Shown piece after piece: positions 1 through 17,163 of a stretch of 64,000 nucleotides of DNA. The stretch is from Iphione sp. A-MEVVRFRX5 (lineage: Eukaryota). The stretch is from assembly GCA_976226885.1 (NCBI GenBank), contig OZ320317.1, positions 80,042,001 to 80,106,000 on the forward strand, in the 5' to 3' direction. A program made the position numbers and the translations under genes. How positions within the stretch are numbered: position 1 is the first letter of the stretch; every line of letters starts with the position of its first letter. The notes beneath the pieces were generated by a model. The model searched no databases. It was not told where the DNA came from and saw only the letters and a program-made list of their open reading frames with translations.

Positions 1-134
1 ACGGAGGAGATGGGTGCTCGGCCTGAGTTGGGGCCACCACTTCAGCCGGCGGTTTACGGCTGTTCGGTGAAGTTGGTGGACCCCTTCAGGCCGGACTACC
101 TCTCTGAGGTACGCGAGAGATACCACCTACAGGT

Positions 135-664
135 GTGTACTCCAATTTTGGAGGACCATCAATCAACCGAGCGCACGCTGCAGCGCATTGGTGGTGTCAA
201 GGGTGGCATGATTGCGGGGTGCATATAGCCCCCATGGCGGAGCAGCATACCTGGGCCAAATCCGCCCAGGATGCATTGGTAGACGCCCTGGTGCAGCTGG
301 GGTCTGTCCACCAGTCCCTTATTAAACACACCGAAGGGAGCAGGTGAAACCGGCTTTGCCTGCCTCGTTCAAGAGACTGATGTCAGAGGACTGTCCGTCA
401 TCACCGCGATTCCTGTTTGGGGACGATCTTCTTGGGAAGATCAAGGTGGTAAAAGAGCATTCCGCGCTGTTAGGGCAGTTTGAGAGGAAGCTGGCTTCTG
501 CCGCTGCTTCGTCGGGGAGACCAAAAAATCAATCCCGTGGACGCGGCTGCAACTACATCTACAATGTGGCCAGGCAGAACCAATTCTACCGGCAGCAGGG
601 GGTGGCGGCCCAGCCATTCCAACAGCCACAGCAACCCCAACAGCCACAGCCAAAAGCCCAGTGA
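135..664 (+). pseudogene. DIRS gag-like ORF relic (frameshifted; ORFs 135-347 and 344-664)
   Basis: Lies upstream of, and overlaps, the RT frame. FLFGDDL followed by a basic/Gln-rich tail. Assigned mainly by position. Confidence 0.65.
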
Positions 665-2245
665 GGAAATAGTTTTCGTTGCTGGCAATCTTGCTGCTTA
701 TTTTCCGGTTTGGGCAGCATTGACCTCTGACCAGGAGGTTTTACAGGCGGTGGTAGGCTACAAGTTAGACTTGTTGGCAGTGCCCTTCCAGGAGAGGAGG
801 CCAAGGCCTATTCCTTTTTGGGGAGGCTGAGTCCAGCTTTGTGCAGGAGGATTTGTCCACCCTTTTGCGGGTAGGTTCAATCTCTGTTTTGCATCAGGTT
901 CCAGTTGACGCCTATTTGTCCAATATTTTTCTGAGGCCTAAGCCAAATGGCTCCTTCAGAATGATATTGGATTTATCCTAACTCAATAAGGTCATCGAGT
1001 ATAAACATTTTAAAATGGAGACCTTGGAGACGGTGTTGCCTTTAGTGTCTGTAGGCTGTTTTATGGCGTCAGTGGACTTGGAAAATGCATATCACACTAT
1101 GCCAATCTGGGCTTCTCACAGGAAGTATTTGGCTTGCTTTTGGCAGGGCACTGTTTTTCAATATGATGTGTTGCCCTTTGGACTGTCGTCTGCCCCTAGG
1201 ATTTTTACAAAGATCATGGCTCCTTCTTTAGCTCGTCTTAGGGAGGAGGGGGTAGTGCTAGCGTCTTACATTGATGACATTATTATCATTGGTAGGAGTG
1301 CTGAGGAGTGCTCCTTGTTTGTGTCAAAGACGGTAGCCTTGTTGCAGTCTATTGGGTTAACTTTGAAAAGTCTTCTTTGGAGCCTGCCCAGTCTGTTGTG
1401 TTCTTGGGCTATACCATCGACTCAGTTAACATGGTGGTTAGACATATCGAGTCTGTGTTATCCCAGGACATTCTCAGGATTAGGAATGTGTCCTCTGTTT
1501 TGGGTAAGATTGTGGATCTTACTCGGGCTTCGGTTTACGGTCGATGTTATTTCCGTGCCCTGGAGGTTTGTTAGATGTCTGCCCTGATCCAGGCAGGACA
1601 GGCTCGGTATGAGGGTCACATGGTTAAGGCTATTTGCTTGTGTGTGACAGCACCGCTGCCATCTGTTATGTGAATAGGATGGGGGCTAGGTGTCCCTTGG
1701 CTAACGTGTATCCCCACAAAATCTGGGATTTTTTGGAGGAAAGGTCAGGGTTTGCCTCTGCTTTCCATATCCCGGGTGTTGCGAATGTGGAGGCCGATTT
1801 TGCCTCTCGTCATTTTCGTGATGATTTGGAGTGGGCCGTTAGTCCATCTAATTTTCAGATGGTAGTGCAGTCTTGGGGGACCCCAGACATTCATTTGTTT
1901 GCGCCTCGTTTAAACAACATAGTTCCGTTGTATGCTAATTGGCATCCGGACCCGGGAGCACTGTTTGTGGATGCTTTTTCTTGAGACTGGTCAAACTTCC
2001 AAATGCCTTACCTTTGTCCTCCTTTCTCTTTGATTCCTAGGTGTATAGCCAAGTTGGTACAGGATCGCCCCAAAGCTGCCATCTTGCTGGTGCCAACCTG
2101 GCCTCACCGGGCTTGGTTCAGCAGGGTGCTCCAGTCAGCTCGTGCTCCGCCCCTCCAGTTTCGCAAATCCAGGTTCAACACCCTGGACCATCTGGGTCGG
2201 CCATCCAGTCTGGGGGCTATCAAAGTTATGGCCCTTCTTTGTTGA
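665..2245 (+). pseudogene. DIRS RT-RNase H-methyltransferase ORF with several stops and frameshifts
   Basis: AGNLAAYFPVW..LTSD..VL..VVGY; NIFLRPKPNGSFRMILDLS*LNK..YKHFKMETL; YIDD; RNase H D..A..Y.N..G and NVEADFASR; MT segment DIHLFAPRLN...VDAFS*DWS...YLCPPFSLI...LLVPTWPHRAWF. Confidence 0.9.
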
Positions 2246-3175
2246 ACGCAGTGATAGAGCGCAAAGATTTGATTGCCGCTTCTAGGGCAATGATGCTGTG
2301 TTCCTGGAGGCCAAAGACCCGGTTGCTTTATGATACATACCTTAAAAGGTGGAATATTTTGTGTTTCCAGAAAAATTGCTTAAGCAAGGTATCCGTTTTC
2401 TTGTGACAATGTTCGACAGGGGTATCAGGTACAGTGCCTTGAACACGGCTAGAAGTGCTCTGTCAGGTTTTTTTTTCCCACGTTTGATGGGGTTACGTTT
2501 GGGAAGCATCCTGACGTCGTGAGGGTTCTTACTGGTTTTTTCAATGTAAGACCTCCGGTTGCCCGCGTAGATTATACTTGGGACGTGTCTAAGGTGCTTG
2601 ACTTCCTCAAACTGTGGGAACCTCTGTCTTCTTTGTCTTTGAAGAAGTTGACGCTCAAGTGCAACATGTTGCTTCTTCTGGCTACCAGCGGTAGGATGCA
2701 GACAATTTGCAACATTCAACTTTCGAACATACATGATATTGGAGATGGTTCTTTGCAAATTGTTTTCACTAAAACTCTGAAACAATCCAGGAAGGGCAGG
2801 TGTGCCTCAAAGTTAAAGCTGATGCCGTTTGCAGCGCAACCTAAAGTTTGCGTGGTGAGGTGCCTAAAAGAGTACATCTCAAGAACAGATACTTTGCGAA
2901 ATGATCAGGGAGATGATGCTCTTTTCATCTCCTTCACTAGTTGCCGTAAGTCTGTGTCCACAGCCACTTTGGCCAGGTGGATGAAAGAGGTCATGGCGTT
3001 GTCAGGTGTGGACACGCAAGTGTTCTCCGCGCATTCTACTAGATCAGCTTCGTCTTCGAAGCTGGCTAAGATGGGAATGCCTTTGTCTGAAATTATGAAG
3101 AGGGGCATGTGGTCGCATGCCAATACCTTCAAGTTGTTTTATTTGAAGGATATTCGGGATGGTGGACAGCAATAG
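2246..3175 (+). CDS. DIRS tyrosine recombinase; C-terminal 218 aa (2519-3175) open, N-terminal part frameshifted
   Basis: LLLLATSGRMQ (Arg), HSTRSASSS (HxxR), RGMWSH (W) and TFKLFYLK (Tyr). Upstream SWRPKTRLLYDTYLKRW resembles the YR N-terminal region. Confidence 0.9.
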
Positions 3176-3213
3176 TCTGTTCACTCATCCTCTGAGGCTT
3201 CGGGCTTTGAAGT

Positions 3214-3547
3214 CTCAGGGAGACACCTAGTGTCCTATGCTGGTACTAAAGTTAGTGGGTTACACGAACTTACAGTGAAGTGTGACCTTGACTTTGTACC
3301 AGTATTAGGACACAGGTGTCTAACTGCCCACCTCTCCCCTCCCATGTGGGATTTTAGTTTTCTTCATCCTCATAGGCTTCATTCTCATCCTATTGCTGCG
3401 GGGTTCCTGACTTCTTTGAATAGTGACAACAACCAAGATGGCTGACTGTGGTGGCGCCACTGGGCTGTATCTCAGTTAGACACCTGTGTCCTAATACTGG
3501 TACAAAGTCAAGGTCACTTTTCACTGTAAGTTCGTGTAACCCACTAA
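3214..3547 (+). repeat. DIRS internal complementary region (about 3214-3326) and right terminal repeat (about 3440-3547)
   Basis: 3252-3326 is the reverse complement of 3473-3547 (75 bp, 2 mismatches). 3214-3250 read in reverse resembles the ITR start. Confidence 0.9.
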
Positions 3548-6500
3548 TTTTGGGGTTTCGAAACTGATTTGTGCTACAGAACAAAGGCTACACAATGAAG
3601 CTGCTACTGAAACATATTCAAACTCAAAGGAAGCATAGAATTTAGACAATACCCCACTAAAAGTAGCATACTCATCGGATGTATTCATTCTGTAATGCTT
3701 TCCTCTACTGTCAATTTCGCACGATATATAAGAACTAGTGGCCTTTGCCATGGCAGGAAACTTTGCAGAAATGTGTAGCAAATGAAACAGTTTGTACACA
3801 TGTATAGTGATCTGTGTATAGAAGTGTGTAGTACTACTAAGTCACAATTTGTTTCTTTTTCTGTACTGTCAGTATATGTGTATATTTGGCATTGCGACCT
3901 CCACCATGTTGCTTCAAGCTTTACCACAGTTGTAGAACAACCAGATTTATCATATAAAATGTACATAGATCCATGATTGCATTCTTGGTTATATATAAGT
4001 GTACAATATGTGTAAACCTTTTACAGGTGGGGTGAAGCAGAGATTGACTGGAATGGAACGGAGCCACTCTTATAACGCCGAGCACATAGAAGCAGGTCAC
4101 TATTGCTCAAGCAGAGCTCACATCCGATGGAAAGTCTTTTACCATAACGATTATATGAAAATGGGCGGCCAAAGAGGATTTTGTCATCACATATGTGGTC
4201 TTACGTATATATGTGATGAATTTGTGCCTAACTTTGAAATATGCGTATGTGAAGAAGCCAAACAGTACAGTTAACGTCGGTAAACACCTCTTATTTGTAT
4301 CGGTACATTTAGACATAAATTCGATTAGGCCAGTGTGTGCCACGAGTACACTATATATCAAACTAACATTTTCCATCGCATGATTAATTTATTAAAGATT
4401 ATAAGTTCCGACAATATATGGCATTAGAGTGCTTCAAGTTAAGACTTTGAGTTAGTAAGGTACCAATTAAGAACAACCTAACCTTGCCGTTAACATAGTA
4501 CAGTGTATTTATGTTTTAATATGGTGTAAGGCATCTTCGTTCAGCTTGCAGGTCTTATGTTCAAATGGTGCAAATTTATGAGCCAAAACCAAGAGTGTCA
4601 CACGGCCAGTATTTTATGCCAAGTTTTTTTTTAACAATCTTTTGTAGAGCAAATTAATAGTGGGAACGATTTTATTTCACAAACCAGAAGCATGCACCAG
4701 CCACAGTGTGAATTCCAACAGCATGTCACAATATAGTTAAAAAAAACAACTTTTCATTGAAACAGTGTCTGTAATGTAAGGACATAGTCACGCTGACCAG
4801 GAGTGTTTTTCACTGCTGTTTGCAAAAGTGTGGTCTTCTTGACGGATGTTAACTCTTACCTTCAAGGTCATCGAATTATAAGGTATTTATTATATTTCAA
4901 CCACCGAGCCATTCATTTCCGTCCGTTTGTTTCTCATGACCATCGTTTACTCTTGACATGGAGGCTGTCCTCTGAAGTTGTATGGAAATATTTCGCACAG
5001 ACAAGAAGTCTCAGTGGTATTTTACCCTAACAGGGAATGTATATAGTTATTTATTGTGATCCATATACATGTACGTCAAACATTTTGTCTCAAAGACTCA
5101 AGGATAAAATGCAGTTACCACGCGTTGACCATGTCTCCACTATACGCATACTTAGTCCCTCCAATTAATTTCGTACCATAGCTGGCAAGCAAGTGTGAAT
5201 GGTCATTTTTCCCAATTAAATATCACGAGTAGTTTAATATTTCGAATAGTGTATTGAAAAATGATTCTTGAGTACTTTCTGGCTCTTAAATGTTTTACGC
5301 CGTTTTTCTTGTTCCAGAAGAATCAAATGTATTTGTATAAGCCATATATATTGCCTGTTTTAGTATTTATCAACAGCAATCATTTAAATTGTATCGATAC
5401 CATGCTAGGATACCTGAGCTTATGTGCATTAGCTACGAAACTATTTCACAAGTCGTCACGCATGTTCTTAACTGTGGCATTTGGCCCAGTTTCCGTATAC
5501 ATGTAAATTTACAAAATTAATCTATTCAATGCCTAAGGCTTCTAAGGCTTTAGAACAAGCAAGCGTGAATGATATTTTCCTCCACTTTAATATCAATTAT
5601 GCTACAATTAACTCAATACTGTCATACCGTCCACAGGCAGAACAACTTGTGATGTTATTGGAAGTCATTAGTATTTTACACGTTCACTGGGCATTTTGTT
5701 CCTAGGCGTTTTGTGATCGATTTACTTGAGCACAATATATTTTCATTCCGGAGGATTGTAGAAGGCTCTTTACGAAGAAATGTCCATTAAAATCTGTCTG
5801 GATGATCATCATTTAGGTGAATTTATTTATCATAAATAAAGTTACTGAAGAGAGTTGTTGTTTAAATTTTATTGAGAAAAATACGCATGTAGTTTACAGA
5901 CGGAATGCAAAAACACATTTTCTCCATAACAGATCATTCAGGACGGATTTGGAGCATTCTCATTCATACAAAAATGATAATTAGGACGGATTTCAGATTC
6001 TTTTGGCCTACTGCAGGAACATTTTATTTCTTGAAACAGTAAGAATTACTTGCTAAGCAGTTAATAATGGCTAAATTAAAGGGTAGACGATGAGCTATTC
6101 AGTTGGAAAACTGTCATTGCCTGTCAGTAAGGACTGAGGAAAATTCTCCACGCTCATTCATTTGAAACTATAAGTCCATTCTCTTTAAGAACAGCTATTC
6201 CCAGAAATGAAATACTATTAAAAATGTCTAACTCTGCTTTGCTATCAATCTCAAGTATGGCCACTGGGATAATAGTGGGTTGGCTAATGTGAGGTCCAAG
6301 ACCTGGAGTCCCAGCATCCTCGTTGGAACTTCCTGCAAAAGTGAAAATATCGCCAGTTGGTCGTGGCCATCCTGGGTCCCAAACCATAAACCCCCTCTGG
6401 ATGTACACTATTCGTAACAGCACAGCAGTAGTCTGTGCCATGTCTTGGCAACTTAAGTTTCTTATATAATGAATATTGTCAGGCCTACTATCCGTAGTGA

Positions 6501-7289
6501 TCGTTACCAACTGAAGGTATTCTCCAGAAGTCGAATGCAGACAATGTTGGTTATCCTAGCATAATGTCAAGTTTCTGGTTATTCTGGACTACACTCACTA
6601 AGAACCATTGAAGTCAAATATCACAATGAACAGAGATCAGGATGCATAAGAATAGGATAACGCCAAGATGGAGAAAATATCGAATACTGGTAGAATGTTT
6701 GTGAGTCGATGAGAACCTTCATACATCAGAAATCCTCTATATAAATAAACTGATATTCTGAATCCCAGATCGACACCTTAACACTGTCTTCCAACATTTA
6801 CGTGCTATGAGGATAACAGTACATACTCATCTATTTAGAACTGGCTTGACGGCTTTAGGAACATCCTGCATTTGTCTTATTTTACTATTTATACATGCAC
6901 CGTAACCATACAACTGTACGTACCGTTATGTAAAAATTAGTACCACAGAAAATTCCAGGTTAATTCCAGAACAAACATTAGGTCAAGGTGCACTTGTGGG
7001 TGTCATGTATCACACCAACAAAATATGGTGGCGTTTAGTAAACGTCAGTGAGAACCGGAGCTGGTTAACACTTAAAAATGATATCCAATCTTAAGTAAGA
7101 CGTCTCAAGACAGCCATGTCAGTTGATAAAGTTCCTTAGCGCCCAAGTGAACATGCAGTCTTTGATCACCCCACACGCTGTGGTGATGGAGAGGAAGAAA
7201 GTAACATGGAGGGTTACGAGGAGAACACAGGTGCACAGCCCACTGCACAGAGGGAGGGCTGTCTGGACGAGTAATATGAGACTTTCTTT

Positions 7290-12692
<5,403 letters not shown>

Positions 12693-12708
12693 TTTGACGT
12701 CTCACTGT

Positions 12709-12720
12709 GTTGCCGACAAC
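12709..12720. promoter_or_regulatory. RFX X-box-like palindrome upstream of the BBS5 start codon
   Basis: GTTGCCGACAAC (reverse GTTGTCGGCAAC), one mismatch to GTNRCC(N0-3)RGYAAC, 17 bp from the ATG. Ciliary/BBSome genes are known RFX targets. Confidence 0.45.
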
Positions 12721-13496
12721 AACAACCGACTGGAATGTCCAAGTTCAAGGTCGTTGCATGTTCAAAACTGGCCTCGGGAAACCGAGTTCGGGAAGTTAGA
12801 CAGCTCTTCGGAAAGAAAGTTTCCAAGAATATGATTCAAAATAAATGGTGTATCACAAATCTCGGTTAAATTTATTTTTTGTATCTTGTTGACGAAATAT
12901 ATTTTAGCGGAGGCAAACACCGTGCGGCGTACGTTTTGTTTTCTCCAGGCAAGAACTTGTCGAAGTGGTGTTTATCACGTCTTGAAAAAGGTAAGACACT
13001 TCAGCGTGTGGACGGTTTGTATGTGGTATACGTGAAGTGTCTAACATTTTATTTTATATGCTTATGCAATTGTTTTTCAGAATTTTCACTGTAACTTGTC
13101 CTCCCTCGTAGGCGATAATGCAATGAAATCGTCACTCATCTTTATTGACATTCCCAGTGTAAGTCTATACGTCACTCATACAACTCTGACTAGCTTTTCT
13201 GGTTATTGGTCTTGGTTGAACAGTTGGACTTTTTCACCGTCAGTACGTACAACATTGTAACTGCATGTATCTACTATCCACTATCCCGTCGAGTGTTGCC
13301 ATTACAGCTGTCAGTAGCATTATCCAAACCAAGCAAGTTTACAGTTTCGAACCGTCGAGCAGGTGTCATCGTGTCATAAATGATGATTTCAGATTACCCC
13401 ATATAAGAACCTCTTAGTTAAATTCCCTTGCCCTCATTGATGTTAAGAAGAAATTTATTGTATCCAAATTGGGGCTAGTAGTCTATAAACGTTTGC

Positions 13497-14664
13497 TCAG
13501 CGGGACCCACTAAACTGTACTCTGGGTGCACAGATTTAATCAGGCTGTCATACCATGTTGAAGCCTTTTTAGGTACCAGACAGGGCAGGGTTGGTCCTGA
13601 TATCTCATTGTACCTGTCCAACTCATCAACAACAGCTGCAGAGAGACTTCGACACAGTGGTGCAGTGGTCTAACCACTGGCAAATGAATTTCAACCCTGC
13701 CAAGTGTCACACTATGCACTTGACATGCAACAGAGTCCCCTTGAGCTTCACCTATCAAATGCATGGAACTGATCTCACATCAGTTGACCACCACCCCTAC
13801 TTGGCCATAGAATTCAACAAAGACCTCACCTGGTTGCTTCACATCTAACAAACAAACAACCAAGCCAATAACACCCTCCCATGTCTGTGAAGAAACATGT
13901 TACAATGCAATACAGAAGTCAAGGTGGCTGCTTATAAAATCTTATTTAGACCAAAGCTGGAGTTTGCAGCAGCCGTATAGGATCCATATCAGCTGAAATA
14001 CATCAATAAGATTAAAGGGATTCAGCAGGAGCCATTGTGCTAAGAGATTATAGCAGAGAATCAAATGTTACCAGACTGCTGTCTCAGCTGCATTGGCCAA
14101 CATTTAAACAGCATAGACACTTCGCTCGACTCAACCTTTTTTAGCAGGCCACAAACAACACTGTAGCCATCACTCTCCCAGCATACTTACTACCAGTAAC
14201 TAATAATAATCGCCAGTCGAACACCTACTAGTATATACCTATCCAGTGTCGCACAGAGGCATACCTGTACATACTACATTTATTTGAGTATGGAACAGCC
14301 TAGCAGTTGAACTTTTACAGCTGAAGTCTCTGGAGTAGTTTAAAGCAGCTCTAGAGATAAGTCATGTTTAAGGAAGGATATTGTTTTTAACCTGCACCTG
14401 CACCTACCAAATTGTTCTTTTTACATTTATATAGAGAGGCTTTTATGCCTGTTTTTTAGTTGTATGAAGCACTGTTTGTCACACTTCTATCAACGGTGAT
14501 GCTGATTGGCCACTTCAATTATCGATTCAGATTCAGATTCAGCAGGGCCCACTAAACTATACTACAAGTGCACAGGTTTAATTAGGTTGTCATATGGTAT
14601 TGAAGCCTTTTTAGGTACCAGACAGGGCAGGGTTGGCCCTGATACCTCATCGTACTGGTCCAAC
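13497..14664 (+). repeat. Pair of 126-bp direct repeats (13497-13622 and 14539-14664) flanking the LINE fragment
   Basis: Collinear copies, e.g. ttgaagcctttttaggtaccagacagggcagggttgg is identical in both; scattered substitutions elsewhere. Confidence 0.85.
13623..14538 (+). mobile_element. 5'-truncated CR1/L2-group LINE (RT C-terminus, 3' UTR and (GATTCA)3 tail), degenerate
   Basis: LQRDFDTVVQWSNHWQMNFNPAKC...HPYLAIEFNKDLTW..HI, then AYKILFRPKLEFAAAV*DPY. Short tandem tail at 14524-14541. Confidence 0.85.
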
Positions 14665-14945
14665 ATAACAGACTGCATCTGGTCCAGGATCTGCAAAACA
14701 ATCAGAGATCATATGCCTAGTGAACTGATATCACAAAATCCCTATGTCCAAGGTACGCAGGCAACGTAGTCTGTTTTATGTTTGGTCTGAAATGGCGCAA
14801 AGCAAAATCTCTAGGTACATATAATTGTAACACATGAAATATATAAGACCAGTATAATTAATGTTATTCTCTGCTTACAGTATGAGAGCAGTTCCCCTTA
14901 TTAATTTTGTTACACTGTCCCTGCTCCTATCGGTAGATAGGGACA

Positions 14946-15200
14946 TTAGTACCAGGAATGGACACCGGGTGTCTATCTGTGTAGTAGATAGGAAAGAAAA
15001 CATTAAACCTAAAGGAAGAAACACTAGTTTATAAGTACATGTATATGACTGACCACAGTGACTGCTTGACTAAAAGTGAGTGTCAGTATGACTGGTTGCA
15101 GTGGCGCCACCTGTACTATTCTCAGTTTCACACCCGTGTCCACATCCTGGTACAAAGTCAAGGTCACATTTCATTGGTAGGTTCATGCAGCCCACTAACT
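14946..15200 (+). mobile_element. Miniature non-coding DIRS derivative (left ITR start, about 110-bp spacer, right ITR with terminal extension)
   Basis: 14946-14979 resembles the left ITR start predicted from the ICR. 15091-15198 is collinear with 3441-3547. The two ends are inverted repeats of each other. Confidence 0.75.
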
Positions 15201-16049
15201 TAGTAATGTGCTATGGCCCCACCAGATCATAATCAGGGGGAACTCTTGTTCTTGGAGTGGGGAATCCGGGTACTTGTGGCGAGTAACATGTAAACAATGG
15301 GTTGTCAAACCCTTTTTAGTACATATTTCTAAAGTGTCTTGTATATTCTTTGGGATATATACATATGTTTATGGTTAACCTACATGACCAGATTAGTGTC
15401 TAAATTTATATCCTTTGTTAAAAGCAATAATTCAGTAAAAATACTACAGAGGTGAAAAGTGGGTGATAATCAGGGAGTTTCTGCATATTCTAATGTGAAC
15501 TCTAAAGCCTGGTAAAAACAAACCACTGATAATTTTGACTTTTTCACTTTATCTTAAGGTAGTTCTACATGTGCCTCAAACATAATGTCAGAGTTAGCAT
15601 TAATGTCAGTGTCAAATTATTATTATGATACAAAACAGTACAATGGCTCAAAGAGAGAAACACACTCCCTTTCACCTCCACCCCAGGCAGACTGCCCTAC
15701 ATTTGACTAAGGGTACCAGCCTTATCAGCCGTTGTGACGTCATGCCCACTTGAAGAATAGGACTAAAAGTGATATGATCCATTAGCACACGTGGCTCATG
15801 TTTTGTAGAAAGGCAACACGTAGCACGTTTCATTAGGTCTTCCAAGGTAAGGGAACCCTGTTTCCTGTCAGCAAATGCGGACTGGAAAGTGGCCACTCTC
15901 ACATAAGGTGCATGGCAGTGAGCCAACACCATGCACAGAGCAACATAACTCCGCCGAAACGTAACTGATGGTATTACAGACCAGTTTGGCTTAAGTAGTC
16001 CACAGTTGTGGTAACCTGACTGAAGATTTCAGCTTTTCAGGTTTCACAT

Positions 16050-16830
16050 TCAAGACGTTATTTCGCGATCATAGGTGCACAAACAATGAAAGTGTTGATG
16101 GCCATTCTACATATAAAATTATGAATAAAGTGCCTGTGTGACATGAAATTCATCATATTATTGCCCCCACTGCGTAGAGGAGTAGGACACCTTAGGAATA
16201 CTTTCCAATTTGATATATTGCATGACATGCACAAAATGTGGCAGTCAGTATGTGGGACAGACAAAGGTGTCTCATGGACAGATTCCGAGAACATATCTTC
16301 CACATATCTAACCACACCAGTGAAGATGAGATAGCTGACCACTTCAACTAAAGTGACCACCATGGTATCTCTGACATAGAAATAAGCATGGTAGACTTTA
16401 TCCACAAGAACTCTGACACCAACAGGTCGAAACAACTGAGAGATAAGACAGAAAGGAACTGGATTCATCACCTCTGAACATATATCCCACAGGGGTTTAA
16501 CCTGATGGACACCTATGTCTATCATCAATGAATCCACAACATGACCAGACTTCTATTTGCCTCAGCCAAAAAAATTTTCATTTCATACTGAAGTCTGGTT
16601 TGGTGGAATAACATACAAAACACAGACAATTCTCTTATATCCTTGACAGATCACTTTTACTCCATCTAATAACTTTGGAATGGACCAAAGTCAACACTTG
16701 TTGAGCACCTTGAAACCAGCCCAACCAAATGATGCCTGATGAGCCCAATTGGAGTGAAGCCTTGAACAAAAAAGCATCCCAATAAGTTGACAAAGATTTA
16801 CTTATACAGAAATCATCCAGATTTCAAGAC
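16050..16830 (+). mobile_element. Penelope-like element 3' relic with GIY-YIG endonuclease and pseudo-LTR region
   Basis: NLIYCMTCTKCGSQYVGQTK (frameshift) CLMDRFREHIFHI...IADHFN*SDH...RDKTERNWIHHL*TYIPQGFN matches the PLE GIY-YIG pattern. Boundaries approximate. Confidence 0.85.
16731..16778 (+). ncRNA. Degenerate minimal type I hammerhead ribozyme in the PLE 3' region
   Basis: GATGC-CTGATGA-GCCC-AATT-GGAGT-GAAG-CCTTGAACAAAAAA-GCATC. Stem I GATGC/GCATC and the CUGAUGA box are intact; GAAA is GAAG; stem III and the cleavage triplet are decayed. Confidence 0.55.
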
Positions 16831-17009
16831 TAAATGTGCATAAACAGTCAAATATGACTTAAAAACCATTTTGTTTATGCAACCAAGGTGTACCCATAGT
16901 GACTAATCATGTCACAATGGACATGAATGCTCTGTCATGGCAACGGCAGTTACAGTGGAACATTTCTGGGATATTTTTGTGTATAGGAGACAGAATCCTA
17001 TACACTCAC

Positions 17010-17163
17010 AGACTTTTTTTATTAATTGTGGACCACTCTAGGTTGGGGCTACAGTGAATCTGCATGGGCATGATCAAGAGTCCCAGGCCCATGATAGAAC
17101 CTGCAACCTCTGAATCAGTGGACCAGTGCTAGTCAGCACTCTTACCAACTAAGCTAACTCCCC
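17010..17163 (-). mobile_element. tRNA-derived SINE copy
   Basis: Minus strand gggagttagcttagttggtaagagtgctgact...gcaggttctatcatggg gives Pol III A- and B-box-like motifs. No cloverleaf 3' end; A-rich tail near 17012-17022. Confidence 0.55.

Larger units (their letters stand above)
1..3550 (+). mobile_element. DIRS1-group tyrosine-recombinase retrotransposon, degenerate; 5' end lies outside the window
   Basis: Order is gag-like ORFs, RT (LPFGLSSAPRIFTKIM, SYIDDIII), RNase H (VCDSTAAICYVNRMG...HIPGVANVEADFASR), Dam-like methyltransferase, tyrosine recombinase, then ICR and right ITR ending in ...CCACTAA-TTT. Overlapping frames are as expected for DIRS. Confidence 0.95.

Noticed and set aside
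15672-15932. 86-aa minus-strand ORF next to the Penelope relic
   Set aside because: Unrecognised; length is within chance expectation.
17081-17163. Possible tRNA gene
   Set aside because: Pol III boxes are present but there is no acceptor stem or cloverleaf; treated as a SINE.
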